DNA of 32,000 bases from Ignicoccus pacificus DSM 13166 (GTDB lineage: Archaea; Thermoproteota; Thermoprotei_A; Sulfolobales; Ignicoccaceae): the NCBI GenBank assembly GCA_025340205.1, contig CP006868.1:360001-392000 (forward strand), read 5' to 3'. Each line of letters starts with the position of its first letter. Positions within the stretch are counted from its first letter, which is position 1. Made by a program: the position numbers and the translations under genes. Below, one piece after another: positions 16,327 to 24,237 of this stretch. Under the pieces are notes generated by a model. The model saw only the letters and a program-made list of their open reading frames with translations, was not told the DNA's origin and searched no databases.

Positions 16327-17685
16327 TTGGTCTTCGGGAGCAAGGGATCCCTATCCTACTCAGAAGCTAGAGATGCTATAGCTAAGTGGTTGCTCCTAGG
16401 AAACGTGGAGCCTTGTAGAGCACCCCCGATCTTCGTTTACTCAGAGCCGGGGTTCTCCATAAACCATCTCATAGCTGATGCCTTCAAGACTGCAATGAGT
16501 ACGGTGAAGGGTACCTACGAGGAGAAGGTACCGGAGGACTTGAAGGCCTTCGTAACTGCCTTAGAGAGGATAGACAACCTAGGGATACTTCACACTTTGA
16601 CTAAATACGACGACGTTAAGGTTTTGTTTAATACAAAGGAGAAAGGTGAGGGATTAGTAATCTATACCGTAACGCCGGAGTACTTGAAGAAGGAGGGGTT
16701 GGATGGAATAGTTGAGGCGTTGAGCAGAGCGGACTTCGCGGTCCTCCACGTTTACAACGCTCTCGATGGAATAGATGAGGAGGTCAAGAGGATGTATGAG
16801 GCTATGGTACAAGGACTCTGGAGCAAGCTCAACAAGCCGATAATCTTCAGCCAGCAGCTAGTACCGGGAGTCAGCAAGAGGGCGTTAAGCTTAGGGTTCG
16901 GAACCGGAGGAATTGCGATAATGAAGGTGGAGCTTCCGAACGTGGAGGAGTGGGCCTCTTGGGTTTCGAGAACCTTCAAGGTTAAGGCTGATAGGGACGT
17001 GATCGAATTCGTTAAGGTAATATCCCCTGAGACGTTACCCTTACCCTTCGCTGAACTTCTAAGGGAGATAAACGAGAGGGCTTACGGAGTTGGAGATCCC
17101 TTCAGCGGAAAGGAGCTCTTCGTCGTCGAGAGGGAGGGAATAAGGATAGAGGCGACGCCGGTGCTGGGTTCTCCCATGGAATCCCTTCCCAGCCCCGACG
17201 GCTGGACCAAGGTGGCTTTGCTTCCGTGGAACTATCACAAGCTCGCTAGAGAACTAGCAATTGCGGTGCTGGGCAGCACGAAGTTGGTAGATGGCTTGGA
17301 GCTGTACAAGAGGAAAGCTAAGATGGCTCCGAAGATTATCAAGGATTTAGAGGACTCAGTCAGTAGCGGGAGAAGCGAGGGAGCGATAGAGGATTTAGTT
17401 CAACTCATAAATGATCTAGAGGAGCATGGAGGAGACGAGGTGGCCTCTGCTATACTCATCAGAGCATTAGCGAGCCTCTACAAGTACGCCGAGAAGTTCG
17501 AGAGCTGGGAGACTTGCGATGAGGAGTGTAGGGCGCTCAAGATAATGTGCGAGCTTCACTCAAGACTCAAGGAGATACAAGCACCACTTCTCAGAAAAAT
17601 CGTAGAAGAAATAAATATTCTCGTTGTAGAGTTAACTGGAGCGGAGGCAGGGAAGGCATGCGCAAAGTTGAAACTTCTAATATAG
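16327..17685 (+). CDS. hypothetical protein (452 aa) with a weak resemblance to archaeal ATPase (PF01637-like) lacking a P-loop
   Basis: Long ORF with coding-like composition. Its layout recalls Arch_ATPase (AVLHVYNALDGIDEE like a Walker B; IAIMKVELPNVEEWASWVSRTF like the GR..i.L.pl..ee motif). The Walker A position reads YSEPGFSIN, with no GK[ST]. Confidence 0.55.
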   Translation: MVFGSKGSLSYSEARDAIAKWLLLGNVEPCRAPPIFVYSEPGFSINHLIADAFKTAMSTVKGTYEEKVPEDLKAFVTALERIDNLGILHTLTKYDDVKVLFNTKEKGEGLVIYTVTPEYLKKEGLDGIVEALSRADFAVLHVYNALDGIDEEVKRMYEAMVQGLWSKLNKPIIFSQQLVPGVSKRALSLGFGTGGIAIMKVELPNVEEWASWVSRTFKVKADRDVIEFVKVISPETLPLPFAELLREINERAYGVGDPFSGKELFVVEREGIRIEATPVLGSPMESLPSPDGWTKVALLPWNYHKLARELAIAVLGSTKLVDGLELYKRKAKMAPKIIKDLEDSVSSGRSEGAIEDLVQLINDLEEHGGDEVASAILIRALASLYKYAEKFESWETCDEECRALKIMCELHSRLKEIQAPLLRKIVEEINILVVELTGAEAGKACAKLKLLI

Positions 17686-18281
17686 GGTTCCTTAATAGAG
17701 AAAGAATACGTACCTTGATGTTACTTGAGAGTTGGGGGTTGAACGTTCCCCTATACGCTATCGTCGACGAGAAGAACTGGGAAAGGGCTAAGTTTTACAA
17801 GAGACAATGCGCAATAAGGTTCGACGTACTCACTTGTGAGCTCCCCAAGATAAATGCTAGAATAGTTCCCGGTCCCCCGCCATTAATTGCACATTCCTCT
17901 CCTTGCGTTGCAGAGAGACTCTTCGAGGAGCTCTCTAGGAAGGGATGTAAGTTCTTGGCGCACGTGACCGACGTAACCATAAACGACACGGTAGGAGCCG
18001 GCGTTACCATGAAGTGGAGGGGAAGGATAATCAGCGAGATAAGCATAGGAGGGAGCGTTAGGGACATCACTAGGAGGGGGAAGGTAGACGCTAGGGCTTT
18101 TTGGGAGGGCTGCAAGATGAGGATCGAAGGTCCTCTTCAAGGCCTTCTGAGCTATTGTGCTTACAAGAGCTTGGAGGTCATGGAAAGGCTTCCGGAAGGC
18201 CTCATCGAGTGGAGCTGTCATAAGGGGAGGTATGGAACTCTCGGCGATCACGCGATCTTCTGGGAGTTCGTAGAGCTCTAA
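17658..18281 (+). CDS. hypothetical protein (~207 aa from ATG 17658)
   Basis: The track ORF is 17547-18281. The internal ATG (MRKVETSNIGFLNRERIRTLMLLESWGLNVP...) overlaps the upstream stop by 28 nt. The N-terminus faintly recalls ATP-grasp/PEP-utilising N-domains. Confidence 0.5.
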   Translation: MRKVETSNIGFLNRERIRTLMLLESWGLNVPLYAIVDEKNWERAKFYKRQCAIRFDVLTCELPKINARIVPGPPPLIAHSSPCVAERLFEELSRKGCKFLAHVTDVTINDTVGAGVTMKWRGRIISEISIGGSVRDITRRGKVDARAFWEGCKMRIEGPLQGLLSYCAYKSLEVMERLPEGLIEWSCHKGRYGTLGDHAIFWEFVEL

Positions 18282-19300
18282 ACGATAGCTTAATGAATAT
18301 TGCAGATAGCACCATGGCTATTGAAGTGTAAATCGCTACAGTTCTAAAGCTCTTGATCCTCGTAAACGGAATAGCTACTATCGAAGCAATTGACATAGTC
18401 GTGTAGGTGAGTCCTAGGGCGCTTGCCGGCGCTTCGGGAACAAACTTGGAGACCAAGGCAACTAAGGACACCTCATAGAAGGGATAAACGGGAATGCTCC
18501 AAGCGACTAAGCATATCGGAGGAGGGGAAGCCAAGGCGAGCAGGGTTACCGGGATGTATGCTATAACGGAGATTAGGAAGAGTCTCTCCGCTCCCAGCTT
18601 CCTCAAGGCCTTTCCGGCGACGTAGCCTCCCAGGGCAGCGGTTAAGCTCGGGCCTACCGCGTAAGCCAAGGCGAAGCCTATCCTGTTCGTCGCCTCATAG
18701 AACCTCAAGGCGGTTAGGGCGTAGACAACGTACTCCGCTCCCATGAAGAGGGCCAAGGGAGGGAGCAAGGGGAGGAGCTTAGGTACAGCTGCCAAGAGGC
18801 CGCTCTTAGCCGGTTCCTTGCTTACAGCTAAGAACACCATTACCGATCCGAAGGCGAAGGAAAGGGAGTAAAGGGGCTGGTAGGGAAGGAACGCAACGGT
18901 CATTGTTCCTAGGCCCCAGCCTAGGGAGAGGGCACTAACTGCCTTTCCCAACTGATCCTCTCCCTCCTTGTAGGCCTCTAGCATCGCCGAGAGGAATGCT
19001 GAGTAGAAGGAGGAGAGGGTGAGGAACACCGTGAAGGGGCTGGGTTTTAACTAGCGAGGTAAAGAGGGACAGAACGCCTATCAAGGCTGGGGCCTTCAGA
19101 CCCTTCCTATCCCCAAGCCATCCCGCCAGCACTCCGGGAGCGGAGCTGAGCATCTCAGCGAAGGCTATTGCCGAAGCCGCCTCTGGGGAGCCGGAGCTCA
19201 CCCTCGCTAGGGTAGTGTAGCCCCCGTAAGCTAGGGCCAAAGCGAATATTCCGATTAAGAGCCTCCTCGATCCCAACTCCCAGTCCCTTGCACCCCTCAA
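18202..19300 (-). pseudogene. MFS transporter split into two ORFs by a 1-nt indel (pseudogene or sequencing error)
   Basis: ORF 18935-19300 encodes TM1-3 (...IGVLSLFTSLVK). ORF 18202-19029 continues in the next frame (PSPFTVFLTLSSFYSAFL...). The junction is at the T4 run 19045-19048. Removing one base gives a continuous ~365-aa MFS. Confidence 0.6.
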
Positions 19301-19332
19301 GTGGGGATTCTTGAAGGGGGCATGCCAGAAGC

Positions 19333-19339
19333 ATATAAA
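19333..19339 (+). promoter_or_regulatory. TATA box ATATAAA for tRNA-Arg
   Basis: Centred about 31 nt upstream of tRNA position 1. Confidence 0.5.
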
Positions 19340-19366
19340 CCATTCATTGAACCATGACCATGAAGG

Positions 19367-19440
19367 GGCCCCGTAGCTCAGCTAGGAAGAGCGCTGGCCT
19401 TCGGAGCCAGTGGTCCCGGGTTCAAGTCCCGGCGGGGCCG
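19367..19440 (+). tRNA. tRNA-Arg (anticodon TCG)
   Basis: Hand-folded cloverleaf: acceptor GGCCCCG/CGGGGCC, D stem GCTC/GAGC, anticodon stem CTGGC/GCCAG with loop CT-TCG-GA, T arm CCGGG-TTCAAGT-CCCGG, discriminator G. CCA is not encoded. Confidence 0.9.
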
Positions 19441-19652
19441 CTATTCATTCCAACATCTCCTGTGTAAATTCGGGAATCCGAGCGCCTACTGCTCTCCTAT
19501 TGCCTCCTCTCATTTACACCACAAAGGTCTAGAGCCTTACTCTTGCAGCATCTCTTTATCTAAATTCTCCGCAACTGGTACTTGAAGTAAAGGATACTTT
19601 CGTCCTCCCCTCTTCCCTTTTAATCCTCCATCTACACTATTGGTAGGATAAC

Positions 19653-20063
19653 ATGACCCTCTCCGATCAATTAGCGGACGAAATAGCTCGAGGAAAGGGA
19701 AAGAAGTTAGTCAAGGCTATAGTGAACGAAATAGCCTTGGATCCAGAGCTTAAGGCAATAGTGGTCAAGGAAGTAGCTGGGAACTTAGCTACTAAGGAGG
19801 ACATAAAGGAGCTTGAGGATAAGATTGAAAGAAAGATTGAAGATTTGAGAAAGGAGTTCAGAGAAGAAGTTGGAAGTCTGAGAGCAGAGTTCAGAGATGA
19901 GATTAGGGAGGTGAGAGGCGAAATTAATGAGCTTAGAAGGGAAATCAATGAGCTCAGAAACCAGTTCAATACCATGCTCAAATGGATGATAGGGCTAATG
20001 GCTTCCATGTGGATAAGCATCGTGATAGGGATAATTGTGGCTTTACTGAAGATGGGATGGTAA
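19653..20063 (+). CDS. coiled-coil protein with a C-terminal TM anchor
   Basis: 136 aa. Heptad-rich segment KEDIKELEDKIERKIEDLRKEFREEVGSLRAEFRDEIREVRGEINELRREINELRNQF, followed by WMIGLMASMWISIVIGIIVALL. Confidence 0.6.
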   Translation: MTLSDQLADEIARGKGKKLVKAIVNEIALDPELKAIVVKEVAGNLATKEDIKELEDKIERKIEDLRKEFREEVGSLRAEFRDEIREVRGEINELRREINELRNQFNTMLKWMIGLMASMWISIVIGIIVALLKMGW

Positions 20064-20202
20064 AGGTTCTTTGCCTAAACGTGTTATCTCGCTCATTCCG
20101 ATCGTAGAATTCTATTTTCTCAATTCCTTCTAGAAGCTTTAGGGCATCTGGTCTCCATGTTAGCATAAGCTTACAGCCTCCCTTAACTTTCATGATCTTG
20201 AG

Positions 20203-20949
20203 ATGAGCAAGCTAGAGGCGTTGCTTAAACGAATAGAAGAATACTACGAGGAGTTCGTTCAAGCGAAGAGGGAATGGGAAGAAGGGAAGGAGAGGATTTA
20301 CGCAGTCGAAAGGTTGGCCCAGCTCCTAGCTCAGTCCCTCCTCGACTTCTCCGCGATCTTAGCCTCAAGACTCCCTGGAAGGAAGCCGGAGAGTTACAAG
20401 GAATTGGCTGAGTTCTTGGCTTCCAAAATAGGTCATAAGGAGTTCTTGGTCGGCCTTGCTGGGTTTAGAAACGTATTGGTTCATATGTACATCGAACTGG
20501 ATGAGGAGCTAGAGAGGGAGAGCTTCGATGAAATAGAGGAGGAAATGCCCAAAATACTCAAGGCACTGAGGGAATTGGCTAAGGGCGACCCTTGCTTGAG
20601 TGAGGTGAAAAGAGAAATAGCAGAACTAGCTTCCAAGTGGAACCTAAGGTATGTGGCCTTAATAGGTTCTTTAGCTAGGGAAGGATGTGGGAACGACGTG
20701 GATCTAGTCGTGAAATTTGGGAGGATGCCCAAGGGACTGGAGCTTGGGAGGTTTGTGGCAGAAGCTGAAGATGCGCTGGGAAGTAAGGTAGACGTGATAG
20801 TGGTTGACTTGAAGCTGGACCCAATAATGGCAAAGACGATAGTTGATGAAGGGGTGTTGATCTTCGGTAGTGAGGAGGAGTTTGAGGAGGACAAGCTCGT
20901 GTTATATAAGAAGTTCTTAGATGAGAAGAGGCTCGTATTAAATCCATAA
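20203..20949 (+). CDS. fused HEPN (DUF86) - nucleotidyltransferase protein
   Basis: The N-terminal half has GFRNVLVHMYIELD (R-x4-H). The C-terminal half has LIGSLAREGCGNDVDLVV and SKVDVIVVD (GS...DxD minimal NT). All in one 248-aa ORF. Confidence 0.8.
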   Translation: MSKLEALLKRIEEYYEEFVQAKREWEEGKERIYAVERLAQLLAQSLLDFSAILASRLPGRKPESYKELAEFLASKIGHKEFLVGLAGFRNVLVHMYIELDEELERESFDEIEEEMPKILKALRELAKGDPCLSEVKREIAELASKWNLRYVALIGSLAREGCGNDVDLVVKFGRMPKGLELGRFVAEAEDALGSKVDVIVVDLKLDPIMAKTIVDEGVLIFGSEEEFEEDKLVLYKKFLDEKRLVLNP

Positions 20950-20975
20950 AGGACAAATCCCTTTAGGGAGATATC

Positions 20976-21482
20976 TTGATAGGTACTCTCTCAGTACCTT
21001 GTGGAACCTTGATAGCTTTCTTGAACATTACGACAAACGTTACAAGCTTTACTCATACGATTTACCCAACCTTAACTTTGATCCTGCGAATACTCCCTAA
21101 CACGACGGTTACTATATCTTCTATTGAGCTAAAGAAGACGCTCTACGTTCAGACAGCCACATTGACGGTCACCGCCACCTACTATGGTACCGTTAAGGGA
21201 TTGAGTGTCAACTATTTGCCTTCTTTTGTTGGTTGCTTAGACAACTATCCCGATACTCTCTGGATGATTGAAACAAAAACTGTCACGGAAATACTTACAT
21301 TAACGAAAGTTATTATAGGCACACTGAGAACGATTTGGAACGGAATCGTTACAACGATCTTCGGTTCCCATGGTAGGTTCGTTGTGAATGATAGCTATGC
21401 GTTCGGGAGCGCGTGGAGCATAACAAGCAATACCTTCAATCTAGTTAATGTTACAATTACGAGCACTATTAAGATTGGCTAA
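20976..21482 (+). CDS. hypothetical Thr/Ile-rich protein with several N-x-T sequons
   Basis: 168-aa ORF with a TTG start in an AT-rich stretch. The biased composition means coding status is uncertain. Confidence 0.35.
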   Translation: MIGTLSVPCGTLIAFLNITTNVTSFTHTIYPTLTLILRILPNTTVTISSIELKKTLYVQTATLTVTATYYGTVKGLSVNYLPSFVGCLDNYPDTLWMIETKTVTEILTLTKVIIGTLRTIWNGIVTTIFGSHGRFVVNDSYAFGSAWSITSNTFNLVNVTITSTIKIG

Positions 21483-21529
21483 CTTACTAAATCTAAATTT
21501 AAAGTAGTCAATCACGCGGCGCTTCAGAG

Positions 21530-21580
21530 GATGAGGTCTCTCGGATGCCCTCCCGGCTAGGGGAGGAAGCAGGGGACGAC
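21530..21580. repeat. copy B of the G-rich hairpin motif, abutting the stop of dph2
   Basis: GATGAGG-TCTCT-CGGATGCCC-TCCC-GGCTA-GGGGAGG-AAGCAGGGGACGAC. The hairpin CCTCCC/GGGAGG is present. Compare 417-470. Confidence 0.4.
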
Positions 21581-22519
21581 TCACCACGGGAATGAATACC
21601 TCTCCAAATCCCTCCTAAACGCGGCCCTCGCCTCCCCAGGAGCTAGGACCGGTTTGTGTAAGTCTCCGAAGTCGTCTAAGGCCAACCTAGGACAAGATAG
21701 GGTTACTGCGAAGTCGACCTCTTCCAGTATACCTATCATGAAGTCTCTCGTAAGTATTGAGGCCTTGAATACCTTTACCTCGAATCCGTTCCTCTCCGCC
21801 TCCCTCTTTAATGACTCTAGGAGCTGGGGCCTGCTCTGTCCCTCTATTCCGTCTATTATCGCTACCTTCTTTCCTTCTATGGCCTCGCTCACCTTCCACA
21901 TCCTCTTCTTCAGGACGGGATAGGGGTCTACTTCCTCCACCTTGGAGGTATATGGATCGAACTTTATGATCTTTCTACCCAAGTAAAGGGCTGCTCCTAG
22001 GGCGTGGAAAACCCCTCCCGCTACTATTACGTAATGATCGTATCCCTCTTTGAGGCCTGAGTAATCGCACCCTAGTATCAATCCCTCCACAAAGCCTTTG
22101 GCTAGATTCGCTTCTATACCTTTCCTCTTCAAGATATCCTTGAGCTCATAGAGCTGCTTGACGTGCTGGGCTGGAGAGGCCAGCAGAACCTTTCCACTTA
22201 AGACATCTACCAAGGGCCCCCAGTTTACCTTTCCCTTCCAGCTTGCCTCCAAGAATAAGGTAGGTTTCCTAGGCCTCCACCAAGGATATGGGTAGTGGCC
22301 TAGGTGAATTACGGCATCCCCAGCAAAGTGCTCGAAGACCAAACAAGCGCCGAAGACCGGAATAGCGCTCCTAATGCAATCAATCCCTTTCTCTTTTAAC
22401 ATCTTGCAAACCTCGTCCGCCTCCCTCCAGAGCCCGGGAGGGGCCTCTACTAACACCGAGGAGGGCTTTACCTCCTTTAGAAACTTCTCGATTCTCTCCT
22501 TGTCTACTTCATAGTACAT
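21581..22519 (-). CDS. dph2: diphthamide synthase subunit Dph2 (2-(3-amino-3-carboxypropyl)histidine synthase)
   Basis: Aligns by eye along its length with P. horikoshii Dph2: VLVEAPPGLWREADE vs VLIQSPEGLRREAEE; FGAC...VIHLGH; ILGCDYS; FDPYT; LSCPRLALDDFGDLHKPVLAP vs VACPRVPLDDYGAWRKPVLTP. Confidence 0.85.
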   Translation of the reverse strand: MYYEVDKERIEKFLKEVKPSSVLVEAPPGLWREADEVCKMLKEKGIDCIRSAIPVFGACLVFEHFAGDAVIHLGHYPYPWWRPRKPTLFLEASWKGKVNWGPLVDVLSGKVLLASPAQHVKQLYELKDILKRKGIEANLAKGFVEGLILGCDYSGLKEGYDHYVIVAGGVFHALGAALYLGRKIIKFDPYTSKVEEVDPYPVLKKRMWKVSEAIEGKKVAIIDGIEGQSRPQLLESLKREAERNGFEVKVFKASILTRDFMIGILEEVDFAVTLSCPRLALDDFGDLHKPVLAPGEARAAFRRDLERYSFPW

Positions 22520-22560
22520 GAACTCCTACCTAGGAGATCTTGGGAGAGGAGGAGAAAGGC

Positions 22561-23472
22561 TTAGGGGAGAGGGAACTGGACTGAGGCGTAGCCAACTACT
22601 TGGCTGTAATCGCCGCTGGTGTCCCCGCTGGTCGCGTGCTTGAGAAGTATTCCTCTATTCCCTCCGTACTTCTTCGTGAGCTCCATTACGGTCATAGTAG
22701 GGCCGGGGCCACACATGCTTATGTCATACTCAAGCAAGGCCTTGTAGAGGCCCTCCGTATCCAAGGCAGTTATTTTCTCTATGGCTATCATATCCTTCTT
22801 CACAGTTACCTCGTGGGGCTCGTAATGGTTTAGGTCGCTGGAAGCTAGAACCACGTAGTCCTTGCCCAGCTTCTCCATGGCCCTGTAGATGCCATCTGCC
22901 AAAGCCTTAGCGGCTTCCGGAGTCTGGAGGCCCATGACAATGGGAACTATCCTGAACTTGTTTCCGAAGAGGTACTGGAGGAAGGGAACTTGGACCTCCA
23001 AGCTGTGCTCGTAAGCGTGGGCGCTTGCATCCACGTCCACTATCCCGCTCTCCCTAACTATCTCCTCCACCGCCTCCGGATCCACGTGTACGTGTCCCAG
23101 AGGAGTCTCCCAGATGCTGGGAGGCATTATGGAAATGGGGCTTCCAACTCCGGTGTGGTTGGGGCCTATGATGATTACCACCTCTGGAGCCCCCTCTTGG
23201 GCCAGCTTGTAGTAGGCCCAAGCCGCTACTGGACCGGAGTAGATGTAGCCGGCGTGAGGAACCATGAAGCCCACGCTCTGCTTGTTCCTCTCCTCGCTAA
23301 CCTTTGGTAGCTCCCCGGGCCCTATCGGATGGGTGAAGCTCCATTCTATCAGCTTGATGAGCTCTTCTGGATCGGCTGGGTAGAAGGTTCCAGCCACCGC
23401 TGGGGGTCTCACTAACACGTTCTCTACCGCTCTCAACATTTCAAGGAGTGAATATGAATGGGGGCCTCCCAA
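22561..23472 (-). CDS. MEMO1-family protein (AmmeMemoRadiSam system protein B-like)
   Basis: RPPAVAGTFYPADPEEL is the hallmark N-terminus. GPNHTG and HSLEVQVPFLQ motifs are present. The probable true start is ATG 23439 (MLRAVENV...). Confidence 0.85.
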   Translation of the reverse strand: MGGPHSYSLLEMLRAVENVLVRPPAVAGTFYPADPEELIKLIEWSFTHPIGPGELPKVSEERNKQSVGFMVPHAGYIYSGPVAAWAYYKLAQEGAPEVVIIIGPNHTGVGSPISIMPPSIWETPLGHVHVDPEAVEEIVRESGIVDVDASAHAYEHSLEVQVPFLQYLFGNKFRIVPIVMGLQTPEAAKALADGIYRAMEKLGKDYVVLASSDLNHYEPHEVTVKKDMIAIEKITALDTEGLYKALLEYDISMCGPGPTMTVMELTKKYGGNRGILLKHATSGDTSGDYSQVVGYASVQFPLP

Positions 23473-23687
23473 TGAGAGTACTATATTTTAAGTGCAAGAA
23501 ATACAGAAGTAACTGGGAATATAGAGTGTCCTTAGCAGAACAAATAGAGACTATTTTAGAGAACCTTACTGAAGAAGAGCCTTCAGATGAGGAGATACAG
23601 ATTATTGAAGATTATGAAAAAAGGGTAAAGATGGGAAAGGTAGATCTCCGTCCTCTCGATGAGCTCTTAAAGAAGCTCAGATGTTGA
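23448..23687 (+). CDS. small acidic protein, possibly an antitoxin-like addiction-module component
   Basis: The C-terminal pattern EEPSDEEIQIIEDYEKRVKMGKVDLRPLDELLKKL resembles antitoxins partnered with RelE/ParE. A GGAG sequence lies 5-6 nt before ATG 23454. AT-rich. Confidence 0.4.
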   Translation: MNMNGGLPMRVLYFKCKKYRSNWEYRVSLAEQIETILENLTEEEPSDEEIQIIEDYEKRVKMGKVDLRPLDELLKKLRC

Positions 23688-23693
23688 AGTTGA

Positions 23694-24008
23694 TTATTTC
23701 TTCTTGTACGCGTTCTTACGAGGTCCGATATGAGTAATTACGAATACCTTTTCGTCTTTGCAATACTTGACTATTATCCTACACTTTCCAGCTCTTATTC
23801 GGTAGTAGTTTACTTGACCTTGAAGTTTTACTATATCAACGCTTTTGGGCCCTTTCTTACAGAGGAGCAGTAAGGTTTCTTTTATCTTCTTACAATCATC
23901 CTTACTTATGTGCTTCAGATCCTTTGACAACGCTTTATTATCATAGAGTATAGGTATTATGCAATCGTTGAGGTCCGCATCACTTAGATCACAACGCTTA
24001 GATCTCAT
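23694..24008 (-). CDS. RelE/ParE-family toxin
   Basis: The C-terminal core VKLQGQVNYYRIRAGKCRIIVKYCKDEKVFVITHIGPRKNAYKK matches the kL.g....yRiRvGdYRiiY...d....v..i.hR...Y pattern. Confidence 0.75.
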   Translation of the reverse strand: MRSKRCDLSDADLNDCIIPILYDNKALSKDLKHISKDDCKKIKETLLLLCKKGPKSVDIVKLQGQVNYYRIRAGKCRIIVKYCKDEKVFVITHIGPRKNAYKKK

Positions 24009-24079
24009 CGTTCATCACAAGGGGTGCCGATGTTGGGATTCGCGAGGACTTGAGAAGACACGACACCCCTTACACCCAT
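24005..24079 (-). CDS. 24-codon ORF translationally coupled (ATGA overlap) to the RelE-like gene
   Basis: GAGGAGGTG precedes the ATG. Reads MGVRGVVSSQVLANPNIGTPCDER. Too short for a normal antitoxin, so it may be a remnant or non-coding. Confidence 0.2.
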   Translation of the reverse strand: MGVRGVVSSQVLANPNIGTPCDER

Positions 24080-24237
24080 CACCTCCTCAAGACTGTAATA
24101 CGTTCCTTTCCCTATAAAACCTTATTCACTGAGACACATGAGTGAATTTGTAAGTTATTGCTTCTATAAAAGCTATTGTATTGCGTTCTCCGGTATTCAC
24201 GCTGAACCTCTAATGCTTTCCTACCCTTGTGATCCTC

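Noticed and set aside
19155-19343. 62-aa minus-strand ORF
   Set aside because: It is an alternative frame over the MFS N-terminus and the tRNA-Arg promoter, with no independent support.
19978-20193. 71-aa minus-strand ORF (MKVKGGCKLMLTWRPDALKLLEGIEKIEF...)
   Set aside because: It overlaps the 3' end of the coiled-coil gene by 86 nt, and no family was recognised. Its first ~40 codons lie in the intergenic gap, so a short real gene cannot be excluded.
20481-20956. ORFs 20481-20894 (-) and 20675-20956 (-)
   Set aside because: Antisense shadows of the HEPN-NT fusion gene with Ser-rich low-complexity translations.
417-21580. The two G-rich motif copies as att sites flanking a 21-kb integrated element
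   Set aside because: Identity is patchy and not a clean direct repeat. The interval also contains core genes (cysS, the EndA subunit, tRNA-Arg) with backbone composition.
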